DNA from: Owenia fusiformis
Taxonomy: Eukaryota
DNA: 64,000 nucleotides
Direction of reading: 5' to 3'
NCBI GenBank assembly: GCA_903813345.2
Contig: CAIIXF020000001.1
Coordinates: 34,658,001 to 34,722,000, forward strand
Shown here: positions 1-11,330 of the stretch, piece by piece
Numbering within the stretch: position 1 is the stretch's first letter
Layout of the letters: the number at the start of each line of letters is the position of its first letter
Notes under the pieces: model-generated
What the model was told of the DNA's origin: nothing
Seen by the model: the letters and a program-made list of their open reading frames with translations, nothing else
Database searches by the model: none
Made by a program: the position numbers and the translations under genes

Positions 1-2082
1 TTCGCCGTATTAAAAGTCAAACAACTGGATCCATAGGTTATTTACTCGAACCAAACGAGTACATGTAGAAATAGAAAGATGGAGATCTCGGCTATAAAAT
101 AAGCGCAAAATCTGTCATGGGGAAGCAGGTACCAATTTGTATAAGGAACATTTTCAAAAGGTGGTCATATTTTTTTTAAATTTTCCAATTTAGTGTCGTA
201 TCTTGTGAATTATTCTTTGAGCCTATGAGATCCTACTACAAGACGATCTGGCCAATATCTGTGCCTATATAGTCCATTTAAAAACTTGTGGTTTTGTTCT
301 AAATAACGCCATAGTTGGCTTCTAGGGTACCTAGTATGCAACTATTTGGTATCAAAATAAAGAGGAGGAGTTCAACTTTCATTTGAATTACGAAAATAGC
401 GATGTAGGTTAAAATAGTTCCGACGTGAGCATGTTTACTATGCGTTTGCCCGTCATCTCAGAATTGAGGAAATGGTAGCAAACGCGAGTTACAATAAATG
501 GACGCTGATATCTCAAAAAGTAACCTGACTTCCTATAATTTGATGTAGATCAATCAAACCCCTATATGAACAGGTACATTTTGATATATAACACTATGGG
601 GGGTAAGCGTTTTATAGTTGATCAGGAACACCATATGTGCAAAGTATTGTTCTGAATTTTCGAATTTGGTGTTGGATTACAGTACTCATACCTTAATATG
701 AGGCCTAAAATTGTCTGCTAGTTGGCCAGAGACCCATATTCTAGCAGAATTTGTGAACAGAATCGATTTTTGGTCCGTCCGTCAACATTGGCCGCACAAA
801 ATAAAACTGCTATTTGGATTGAGTCATATCCACAGTCATTTTATGCATATCCATAATGCCTATTTGACCTATCATCGCCATTTCCCAAGTTTGCCCGGTT
901 TCCGAGAAATCTCTGATTTTGACGTCAAAAAGTCAAATTTTCTGTAAATACTAGACACTTTGTTGAAGTAGAACTTTCAAATAACTTGAAGTAGTTGCTG
1001 TATATGCAACTTATGTCCTCTGAAGATTTCAAAGCTCTTGGAATTACAGTTTTTGGTGTTTACTCTATAAAAGACAAAAAGTAGGACTTAGTCATTTCCA
1101 GGAAACTTTCTTATGTATAAAGTCAAAGGTTTTGTGATTGACAAGTTTCTCAAAGTTTGCCTTATACTTGATCATTTCTTGCAATGAATTACATCATAAC
1201 TAGATTTAAGCATTCCCTACATATTGCTCAATATATGTCAGCATCAAATTTTTACCGTTTTTGAGATATTTGACGTCAAAAAACAGTAAAAATAAGTTAT
1301 TTTTCAACTTGCTTCAATTTGACCAAATTTTTTTTGAAAATCATCTACACATTACCAGGAGTTCAAATCTGACATTAGTTTTGGGATTTGTCCTTTACTT
1401 GACCTTCAGTGACCTTTGAAATGTCAAAAAAGTTGATTTTTCAAATTGATCTTTGGATGTAAATTTTGGTCAGCTTAATCACATAAGGCCTTACTGAGCT
1501 CTAAATAAGTAAAATTTTCAAGGTCAAAGGTCATCAAATTAGGTCACACAATTGTGCTGTCTAAGTTTCTCAAAGTTCGAGACTACAAATCTAAATCAAT
1601 ATTTTTGTTTGAAAGTCAGGATATACATTCCTCTGAAGGTTCCAAACTGTGTGAGCACAGGACCGTGGGTCCTATTTTTTCGTTCTGCGTAGGGCAAACA
1701 ATGATTTAAAATCACTTTCAACCCTTCTGTGCGTATAAGAATGGTCATAAGAGGCCCGTGGAGGGTCATAAATGAAAGAAAGCCCTCTGAAATTCCATCA
1801 AAATTGCAGGTTATTTCTTCATTTTTTGCTAAAATTACATGTTTTCATATTTAGCATAATTGGACTGTATCGACGCCCTCTTTGCTATGTTTTATGCATT
1901 TGTGAAGCCAATGACAATATATTTCAATTGCACCCAACCATGTTTCCCAAGTGACCCCTACAATATTTGGTAAGATTATTGGTACAAACTGTGTGACAAT
2001 TATTGGACCCTAGATATCTCTTCGTTTGGCAGATATGATTTGACGTCATAGACGAAATATCTCAGGGTTGGTCAGCAATGAG
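1..2082. mobile_element. Probable right part of a non-autonomous TTAA-specific (piggyBac-like) DNA transposon
   Basis: Non-coding repeat-like DNA ending ...GTCAGCAATGAG followed by TTAA (2083-2086). The left end is not visible, so the TIR is unverified. Confidence 0.3.
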
Positions 2083-2086
2083 TTAA

Positions 2087-2240
2087 GCCTTTATAGCATC
2101 AGATGTTGGATCTAAGGGTTCTGGGTTCGATTCCAACACAGCGCGTTGAATTTAGCACACATTCTTTCATGTCTGTATCTGGCTTGTTACACTATGCTTG
2201 TTAGTTTGTTATTCCCCTGAAGCATCCTTGGGTCATAACT
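2087..2240 (+). mobile_element. Decayed partial copy of the tRNA-bearing LTR seen at 57225-57685
   Basis: gcctttatagc...ctgggttcgattcc...ttgaatttagcac...gtatctggcttgttacacta...gggtcataac is collinear with the LTR 3' part. Confidence 0.6.
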
Positions 2241-2509
2241 GTTGATAGTATTAAAACTTCAAATATCATAAATCAAACATAACTATCACAAACATGTTTT
2301 AAGATTCATTATCATAAGGTTTGAGATATTTTCATTATATTGGGAGATTTTTGAAGCAATTTTCACATGTTGAATGTCCTCCTGATTTCGTTAAGGCCAA
2401 TGTTGACAAATGTTATTTTATCTCTTGAATTCCTATGACTACTCTTTAATATGTCAATGCAGTTGGTAACCCTTTAGCTTTAACAATTTTAACTTCCATA
2501 ATCGATCCT

Positions 2510-3440
2510 GCAAGAAACCTAGCTAATCATAATATTATTTAAAAAAGGTGTCACTACAAATCCTTCGAACTATAGACCAATTTCAGTTTTATCGGTATTT
2601 TCTAAATTTTTAGAAAAGCTCATGCACGCCAAACTCACTGGTTTTTTAGAACGTTTTGAAATTATTTTTACTTATCAATTTGGATTTCAGAAATTCAACT
2701 CTACCTACATGGCCATTTTATATTTCATTGAACAAATTTGAAAATCAACTGATTTGGGGAAAACGAGCATCGGCATAACATTAGATTTTTCCAAGGCCTT
2801 TGACACAATTAATCATGACATTTTGATACAAAAACTTGAATATTATGGCATCAGAGGAATAGCTAAGTCCTGGTTTGAAAGTTATTTAAAAGACCGCAAA
2901 CAATATGTCACCATTAACAATTATGAATCTAAACAATCATCTCTAAATTGTGGTGTTCCGCAGGGCTCGGTACTTGGACCACTATTATTTATTCTTTACA
3001 TAAATGATCTGCCTTTTGTTGCCCCTAATCTAAAATTTATTATGTTTGCTGATGACACCAATCTTCTTGATAGTGATTATGGTTTAAACTTATGACTAGA
3101 ACTAATGCAAACTTGAATTCAATAGATGACTGGATAAAAGCAAACAAACTTTCACTTAATATTGGTAAAACCAATGCTATTCTATTTGGACCCAAAAAAA
3201 ATCAAACAAATCTGAATCTTAAAATACGCAATGAGAACATAAATTTCCGGGAAAAAATTGACTTTCTTGGAATTATTATTGATAAAAACTTGAAATTTAA
3301 AGAGCACATAAAATCTGTTGAAACAAAGATTTCTCGCGTCATTGGTTCTCTTTATCACATTAAACATCTACTTCAAATAGACAGTTTCAAACCAATTTAC
3401 TACTCATTGATACACTCTCAATTAAATTATTGCAACGTAA
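2510..3440 (+). mobile_element. Non-LTR retrotransposon RT fragment (CR1/L2-group), degenerate
   Basis: NYRPISVL, QFGFQK, LDFSKAFDTINH, GVPQGSVLGPLLFILYIND, FADD. Contains a stop and a frameshift. Confidence 0.9.
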
Positions 3441-3672
3441 ACTACAGTATATCAAGAAAAGCCTTTTATAAAGTCATGATATAAATGAGTTCGTCAAACC
3501 TCCTTCAAGATCACACAGACAAAATATTTTCCCAAAACAAGAGATTGTTCTTGACTAAATTAGTCTTAGTATGTGACCCTAGATAACATCAAGGAGGAGG
3601 AGCTTCTCCAAATATGAATATATCCTCATTGTTCTGACTAGCACTTATGAAACGATAAAATCACTTTTCCAG

Positions 3673-3896
3673 TATATATTAAGCGAGACAGGTGCCACTC
3701 AAACATCCCAGTCAACAGTTGATGAAACCACTGAACCAATGAGAGTTGTGCCTGAACAGGATACCTGGATTATCATACATGATAGCCAGAAGGCTACCAG
3801 AGACAAGAATACATTGGTTTCTGCCAATGAAGATGTGATTTTACAAAGCAAAAAAGACCAAACAAATGGAAGGATACCAAAGAAAAAATTGTCCAG
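3673..3896 (+). CDS. HECTD3: HECTD3 exon (first seen in window; N-terminal region)
   Basis: Acceptor ttttccag and donor AG|gtatgt. Open frame YILSETG...PEQDTWIIIH...PKKKLS. The phase-2 end joins the next exon to give S-WEEIVEQKY. Divergent, so supported mainly by phase and position. Confidence 0.72.
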
Positions 3897-3987
3897 GTAT
3901 GTGTATAAATCAGCCAGGTAGTATTTTTGAGAATGTACGTAATTATGTTTTCTTAAAAAATAGATTTTTGATTAATGATAGCGTAAT

Positions 3988-5971
3988 CACAGGCTGGTAT
4001 CGAAAAATTTGTCCGCTGTGACGGAGCGTGCTATTTTGCATAGAAACACTAAGAAACCCACATAATTTATTTTTTTACTCATATGTTCCGCTATACCAAA
4101 GAAAATTTCTTACTCCATGCAATGGGTATATCATTTGCGGGTAACTTTAACTTTTGTTTGAAGTCCAACAACGCTAAGAGTAAAAGCTATTGAAAACGGC
4201 GCCAGGGTATCATACTCCAAAATGGTGACACGATAATATTTACATATGTTTTCAGCTTAACTCTGAAGGTATTAATGATATCTTGATGTATTGGGTATTT
4301 TTAATATTTTTTATAAAAAATAATGTTTACATTTTTTGTGAGCTGTGACGGAGCAGTTTTAACTGTGAACTACGTTAAGAATTTAAGATTCAAATTATAT
4401 CTTTTAAAAGTACCCTTAGAAGAGAGAACGTCACAAATCACTTTCCTAAATTATGACAAGTAGCCTCTGGGAGATCTGGGATAATGTAAATCTGAGACAT
4501 AACTCTCAGCATTTTTCGGAGGTTTGTACTGAAATCAACATGAATCAACATGGTGTAAACTCAACATAATATTTCTAATACGTTTTCGCCAAGACGTCTT
4601 GGAATGTCACGTGTAGTGTAAATAGGGCTAATATGAATTTATTCGAAAAAGCGCACAGACATCCTGCATTCCGACAGATGTATAACCTAATTAACATAAT
4701 ATTACTGTATATAAGATGATCCAAATACAGATTTAATTTGAAATTATTTGAAATTCATCGTTTTGCATATACTAAAATTATAAAAAAAGTCTTGGTAAAC
4801 GGGCTGCACTGTAAAACCTGTATCAATGAATATCTTTCTCTAGTGAACACCTTTTCTTATCAAAAATTCCTCTGACCTCTGTATGAAATTGCCTCTATGG
4901 CGTGAACATCTACCAACTGGGAACACATTTTGGGCTCCATACATGTATGTGTTCACTGTACACATGTTTTACTGTAGTTGCATCAGATAGCCATAACTCT
5001 AATTCAAATAAAGAACAATCTTAAAATGAAATTTTGTATACTTAAATGAAGTTGACTATCATTTTCATGAGTTGCCATTAGGGGTGAGACGAGTCGAAAA
5101 AATCCAATTCGAGTCGAATCCGATTCGAGTCAGAAAATGACGATTCGAGTTTCGAATCCGTTTCGAGTCGCGCGAGTACTGTTTATTTAGATAAAGTGCG
5201 AACAACATCGCTTTTGACCGTTCGCATTTTTAATGCGTCAATGGTTTATTCTGATTTTATTACATATATTCTTTCATTTATGTGTACATACAATATAATA
5301 ATTTAATACAAGCATATCCAAGTCATTGAAACTTATATATTCAACGCAATATCGAGTAAAAACATGCATATTGACAGTATTTTTCTGAATTCTTTTATTT
5401 TTTCGAATTTTTTTCTCAACTCGAAAATGATTCGATTCATCAACTTCGACTCGATTCGACTCGACTCGAAGCCCCAAACCCGCCAGTCCTCGACTCATCG
5501 GGTTGTCGTCTCACCCCTAGTTGCCATGCATAAGTTGGATTACAGTACAAACTGAGAAAAGAAGCTTAAAGAGTGGTCGTATATTCATCTCAGAATTTGA
5601 ATTGTGTATTTGAATAATTAAAAATACCCAATACATCAAGATATCATTAATACCTTCAGAGTTATGCTGAAAAAATATGTAAATATTATTATGTCGGTAT
5701 ATTGTACCATTAAAAAGAAATAAAAGAAATGGTACATTTACGAGTATGATACTCAGACGCCATTTTCAATAGGTTTTACTCTTAGCGTTGTTGGACTTCA
5801 AACAGAAGTTAAAGTTACCCGCAAATGATATATTCATTGCATGGAGTCAGTAATTTTCTTCGATATAGCAAAACATGTGAGTAAAAAAACTAATTGTGTG
5901 AATTTCCTAGTGTTTCTATGCAAAATAGCACGTTCCGTCACAGCAGACAAATTTTTCGATACCAGCCTGTG
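3988..5971. mobile_element. Non-autonomous DNA transposon, CAC...GTG termini, 5-bp TSD (Transib-type)
   Basis: TIRs of ~320-350 bp (CACAGGCTGGTATCGAAAAATTTGTC.../...GACAAATTTTTCGATACCAGCCTGTG). GTAAT is duplicated at 3983-3987 and 5972-5976. Confidence 0.85.
5079..5519. mobile_element. hAT-type MITE nested in the Transib-type element
   Basis: TAGGGGTGAGACGA.../...TCGTCTCACCCCTA TIRs. 8-bp TSD GTTGCCAT (5071-5078, 5520-5527). TCGAG/TCGAC subterminal repeats. Confidence 0.9.
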
Positions 5972-6111
5972 GTAATAGTAAATTGAAATAATCTTTTTAT
6001 TCTACCTCGAGTGACAGTAACTTCAAACTACATGTATTATAATTTTTTGTTTTTTAAAAAAAACATTGTTACATTGTCTTGATATGCCATCAAATCAAAT
6101 CTTACAGGACT

Positions 6112-6300
6112 CAGACCCGTAGCCAGATGAGTTCAGGGATGCGGGGGAACCCCCCTCCCCTAGCCAAAAGTTCTTTCAAAATCATGCAGTTTTCACCATT
6201 TTGAGCAGTTTTTGCTGATTTTGGCAAAAATTGTCAAATGTGAACCCCCTTGAACTTTTCAGAAAGTAAGCCGCCTTGGCAAAAGCTGGCTACAGGCCTG
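6112..6300. mobile_element. Short hAT-like MITE (CAGGCCYGTAGCCAG ends); related copies at ~24802-24980 and ~27653-28921
   Basis: CAGACCCGTAGCCAG...CTGGCTACAGGCCTG inverted ends, with internal sequence shared among the copies. Confidence 0.65.
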
Positions 6301-6353
6301 GAACTATCAAAATAATTGATTTTGTCAAACCTATTATTTCTTTGTTATTCTAG

Positions 6354-6582
6354 CTGGGAGGAGATAGTTGAACAAAAATACACACTAAAACTTGGAAAAC
6401 CCATGGAAGTGACTGCCATGGATACGGAAGCTGTTGCTAGGTTACAAAGTGTGCCCCCAGGGTGGAATATAGAGCATGATGAAGAGTTGGTGCAGTTCCT
6501 GGTTGATAATATTGAGCCTGAGAATGAAACTCTTGGTAGCATCAAGAATTATGTGGAATCAATAGACGTTTCATCATTCTGT
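6354..6582 (+). CDS. HECTD3: HECTD3 exon
   Basis: WEEIVEQKYTLKLG...VPPGWNIEHDEELVQFL...ETLGSIKNYVESIDVSSFC matches recalled HECTD3 (VPPTWTYECDEDLIHFL...ENLGSVKQYVESIDVSS). tag|/|gtatgt boundaries. Confidence 0.93.
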
Positions 6583-6726
6583 GTATGTAGCATTTTGCAG
6601 TTGTCTCTTTTTATAAGCTCACATGGTGAGCTATTCCAATCACTCACTTGTCCGTCTGTCTGTCTGTCTGTCAACAATTGGCCCGTTTTAAAACCTCTGT
6701 CAATAGGATTCCCGTTTTAAGTTATT

Positions 6727-9715
6727 TTATACCTTTATACCTTTATCCAATAGTTCTGGAAGAAGGATGTTTCCTATATGATCCAGATCTTTTTGTGTTG
6801 TTGTGTCTTACTAATTAATTGGGGGGGTAGTTGTTATAATGCTCACTGGACATTGGGTGCGGAGGAGCTGAGCTCCTCTGTCATAAACGTACCTCCGCAC
6901 CCAATATTAAGAGGGGGCTCATATCTGAAGAACATTTCCGAATTTTTATAAAACCACACAGATACTGCCTGGCTTCCAAGATGCAAAAATAATTTGCATG
7001 GGTAGTGTATCTTGAACACCATTTTTTATGAATGCTGGGGACGCAGTATTAAAAGGATAGTCTCAAAATATATAGGTCTGGGAAATGTTTAAGGCATAAT
7101 GCGTCGCTATAAATTGAATTGCACTACTATTTTCACAATTTTATTGATATTTGGTGTCAAATACACATATCTTGGTATATTTGAAGTCCCAAAACGGCTT
7201 AGTTTCAGAAATATCCGAATTTTAAATTCAAAAATGACCGTTAGCTCCGCACCCTCCGCTCATTTGCGCCGCACCCAATATTTCCCACAGGCTCTCACAT
7301 CAAGTCTGCTGTATCTATGATTTAGTTTTTCTGTGTTTCCTCTTGTCCTGGTATTATCTGATTTCTGGGCGATATCACTGATTTGTATTCGGTCGTAACC
7401 TTTTAGAATCTTGAAGATTTGGATAAGATCACCCCTTATTCTTCTATACAGTAAAGAGGGGAGTTTTAGTTGTCTCATTCTTTTTTCATAGCTTAAATCT
7501 TTCAGTGGTGGTACTAGTTTTGTTGCTCTTCTTTGTACTCTTTCAATTTTGTCAATATCCATATAGGTGTGGGGGTTCCAGACACTGTTTCCATATTCAA
7601 GGTGAGGCCGGACCATGGATTTATATAGGAGTGGTAAGGTGGTTCTATCAAGATGGGAGAAAGTTCTTTTTATTGTCCCAAGAATACTGTTGGCTTTGGA
7701 TACTTGTTTATCGACATGTTGGTGGAACTTGAGTTTGCAGTCAATATTGATTCCAAGTTCCTTTTCCAATGTTGTTTGCTCCAAAGTTTTGTTGTTCATG
7801 GTGTAGTTTTGTTTCTCATCGTTGGTACCTAGATGCATCACCTTACATTTATCTGTATTGAAAGGGAGTTGCCATTCTTTTGACCAATTTGTTAAACTGT
7901 CCAGATCTGTTTGTAACTGTTCTTTATCATCTTGGTCTTTAACTTTACCATACAGTTTGGCGTCATCTGCATACATAAGAAGCTTGTTCCTTGTGGCATC
8001 TGGGAGGTCATTTATAAATATTGCAAATAGGGATGGTCCAAGGCAGGTCCCTTGAGATACCTGAGAGAACAGGGGCCCACTCAGATGTCGTTCCATTCAC
8101 TGATACTCTCTGGAGTCTATTAGTTAGAAAGATCTGATCCAGACAAGTACAGATCCCAATATTCCATAAGATTTCAATTTTATGAGCAGACGTTCATGCG
8201 GGACACTATCGAACGCTTTGCTAAAATCTGTGTAAATTGTATCCACAGGGTTCCTGTCATCGATGTTTTTGGTTATATCCTCAAGGTAAATCAAGAGATT
8301 AAGAACTGTGGATCTTTTGGGTACAAAGCCAAATTGGTCATCTGTCAGTATCTCATTTTTAATTAAGTGTTCTACAATTTCATCTCTCACGATTTTTTCC
8401 AGCATTTTCACTACTATTGAGGTTAGGCTAATTGGTCTATAGTTACTTGGCTTTTTCTTTCTGTTTGTGATGTTTTGTCTTGTTTTTTCACTTCCTTTTT
8501 TGTATATGGGTGTAATGTTGGCATATTTCCAATCCTTAGGCAGTGTGCCAGATCTCATGGATTTATTGAAAAGTAGGGTGAGGGGGGTGATAAGGGATTT
8601 AGCCGCTTCCTTCAGAGGGTGGGGGTGGAAGCCATCGGGGCTGGGTGACTTATTTGTATTCAGCTTCAACAGCTGGAGTGCTACCATTTCTTCTGTGATG
8701 TTGATTTCCTTTATTTCCTTTTCATATGTATGATTCTGTCATTTTTGGTATGTTATTTAGGTCTTCTTTGGTAAAAACACTTGAGAACTGTTTGTTCAGA
8801 GCCTCTGCTTTTTCTCCATCTGTTGTCGTCTCAGTGCCATCATCCTTCAGTAGGTTAGAGATGGGTTCCTCTGTATCCTGTTTAGATTTGGTGAATTGCC
8901 AGAACTGTTTTGGATTTTCTTTAAAAGAACATTCCTGGCCAAAGCTTTTCTATCCTGATGTGATAGCTATAATCATATATATACTTTCCATATTTAGCAA
9001 AACATGGGGAAATGTTTTAATATAGTCAATATTGATAATTTAAAAATGTAGTGCTCATTTCCAGTAAGCTGCCATCATTTAAGATTTTACTCAGGAAGTG
9101 ATGTCATCGACTCTCAACTTTCATGACCTTGCATATAACAGTATAGGAAAATAGCACAATATCACTTCTAGACGAGTGATCCTTACTTTATGCGCAAAAA
9201 TATGTTCAGAGCTTGTCAGCTTAGAATAAAAGAAGAGACTTTTAGAAGGATTAAATCATAGACAAAATTGAAAAAGAATATTCAGCTGCTTTTGTAATTC
9301 TTAATAGATCCTTACAGTGTTATATACAAAGTTAAGAGTCGATGACATCACTTCCTGAGTGAAATATTAAAAGATGGCAGCCTACTGGAATTCTGCACTA
9401 CATTTTCAAGTGATCAATATTGACCATATCAAAACATTTTTCCCTGTTTTGCTAAATATGGAAAGTATATATATGGTTATAGCTAACATATTAGGAGAGA
9501 AATGGTCTGGCCAGGAATATTCCTTTAACTTCTAGAGCAATTTTTCGTTCATAGTCATAACTAAGTTTGCAGGTATATGCTCTTAAATTGTCTCTGGCTT
9601 CTTGGTAATGTTTTAGATTCATTTCACTTTTGGTTGCTTTGTAGTTCTTCCAATATCTATACTTTTTACGACTCATCTTTATGGCAGTTTTATTAATATA
9701 TATTTTTACGTTGAT
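6727..9715 (-). mobile_element. 5'-truncated CR1-type LINE (ORF2 RT), degenerate, with two secondary insertions
   Basis: KSPSPDGFHP, NYRPISLTS, DFSKAFDSVPH, QGTCLGPSLF, YADD, VRPHLEYG, IERVQRRATKL. Short tandem tail (ATAAAGGT)2 near 6727-6746. Confidence 0.92.
8925..9524. mobile_element. TTAA-flanked MITE (Kolobok-like) inserted in CR1 ORF2
   Basis: TIRs of ~195 bp; TTAA at 8921-8924 and 9525-9528. Removing it restores ...KIALEVK-ENPKQFWQF. Confidence 0.88.
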
Positions 9716-10139
9716 CCCTAAGAATTTTAGTCAGGTATTGTGCATTGTTACTAGCAATCCTTGGTAATGAGTGACCATCAACTACATTTAGTTTAAAGAC
9801 CTCTGCATATTGAGGAAGCTCTACAGAGGTTACTAGCCACTCTATAGTGTCATCCACTGTCCAGTTGTATACATGCGAGTTTGTCCAGATTCTCCAGAGC
9901 TCTTCTGCAGTGATATATTCATCTTTGCGATGGAACTTTGTGTGGCGCTCAAAGTCATCTGTGTATTTAAGCTCATCACGGATAAACTCATCACTCTCAG
10001 ACAGGGTCACTCCACCATTCTTGTCATCATCTATCTGAGCATGTAGGGAGTTGATAGCCTCATAGCCCATCTTGTCATTTTCACACAGGTTGTCCTGGAT
10101 TGGGCATTCAACTGGTCCAGCCTGTATCTTCCCATTCAA
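9716..10139 (-). pseudogene. STIM1: Intronless STIM (EF-hand + SAM) retro-fragment fused to the LINE 5' end
   Basis: GYEAINSLHAQIDDDKNGGVTLSESDEFIRDEL...FHRKDEYITAEELW...VYNWTVDDTIEWL...VELPQYAEVF...GHSLPRIA matches the STIM luminal EF-SAM region. No splice sites, no signal peptide or TM. Confidence 0.9.
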
Positions 10140-11330
10140 TCCTGATATTTTTGTTCAACATCAATATAGAAAACCACCCTATGACTCCTGGTTCAAAAGC
10201 TCGCCTATTTTCAGAATGGCCACCATTTTTGTTTCGCAAACCATTTGCTTTAAAACCTCTGTCTATCGGATTCCCGTTTTAAGTTATTATTGTTCAACAT
10301 CAATACAGAAAACTCCCCTACGACTCCTGGTTCAAAAGCTCGCCTATTTTCAAAATGGTCACCATTTTTGTCTCGCGAAATTCACCTTTGGCCCATTTCC
10401 TAGGTTTACAAATAATTTCAGGTGTCCTGCATTGTAAAAAGCCATGTCATTGTAAAGGGTATTTGTATGAAATAATTTTTTTGTTACAAAAAATCGGCAA
10501 AAATTTATACCTGTTTTTTTTATTTTCAGCCATTTTAGTTAACATTGATTTGTCCATCTGTCTCGCGAAATCCTTTTTTGGACCATTTGCCTTAAAACCT
10601 CTGTCGATAGGATTCCTGTTTTAAGTTATTTTTTATTCAACATCAATACAGAAAACTCCCCTATGACTCCTGGTTCAAAAGCTTGCCTATTTTCAAAATG
10701 GTCGCCATTTTTGTCTCGCGAAATTCACTTTTGGCCCATTTCCTAGGTTTACAAATAATTTCAGGTGTCCTACATTGTAAAAAGCCATGTCACTGTAAAC
10801 AGTAGTTGTATCAAATAATTTTGTTACAAAAAATTGGCAAAAAATTATGTCAGTTTTTTTTTATTTTCAGCCATTTTAGTTAACATTGATTTGTCCATCT
10901 GTCTCGCGAAATCCACTTTTGGACTATTTGCCTCAAAACCTCTGTCGATAGGATTCCCGTTTTAAGTTATTTTTATTCAACATCAATACAGAAAACTCCC
11001 CTATGACTCCTGGTTGAAAAGCTTGCATATTTTTAAAATGGTCGCCATTTTTGTCTCGCGAAATTCACTTTTGGCCCATTTCCTAGGTTTACAAATAATT
11101 TCTGGTGTCCTGCATTGTAAAAAGCCATGTCATTGTAATACAGTACTTGTATAAAATAATTGTGTTACAAAAATCGGCAAAAAATTATATCCGTTTTTTT
11201 ATTTTCTGCCATTTTAGCCATCATTCATTTTTGAGCAACACCATGTGAGCCCAGTACCCACGGTACTATTTATTTCTGTTTTATACTACTCATTCCACTT
11301 ATTGTATTTCAGCATATGTTGGTTTTACTT

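Larger units (their letters stand above)
6612..11272 (+). mobile_element. Helentron-derived (HINE/pearl-type) element with ~342-bp tandem array, interrupted by the CR1-STIM insertion
   Basis: subTIR GCTCACATGGTG (6617-6628)/CACCATGTGAGC (11239-11250), (GTCT/GTCC)n microsatellite, 3' hairpin AGTACCCACGGTACT. A partial uninterrupted copy is at ~39575-39955. Confidence 0.8.

Noticed and set aside
9693..10139. Functional STIM gene
   Set aside because: Only the EF-SAM region is present, with no signal peptide, TM or coiled coils and no splice sites. It is fused to a LINE inside a repeat.
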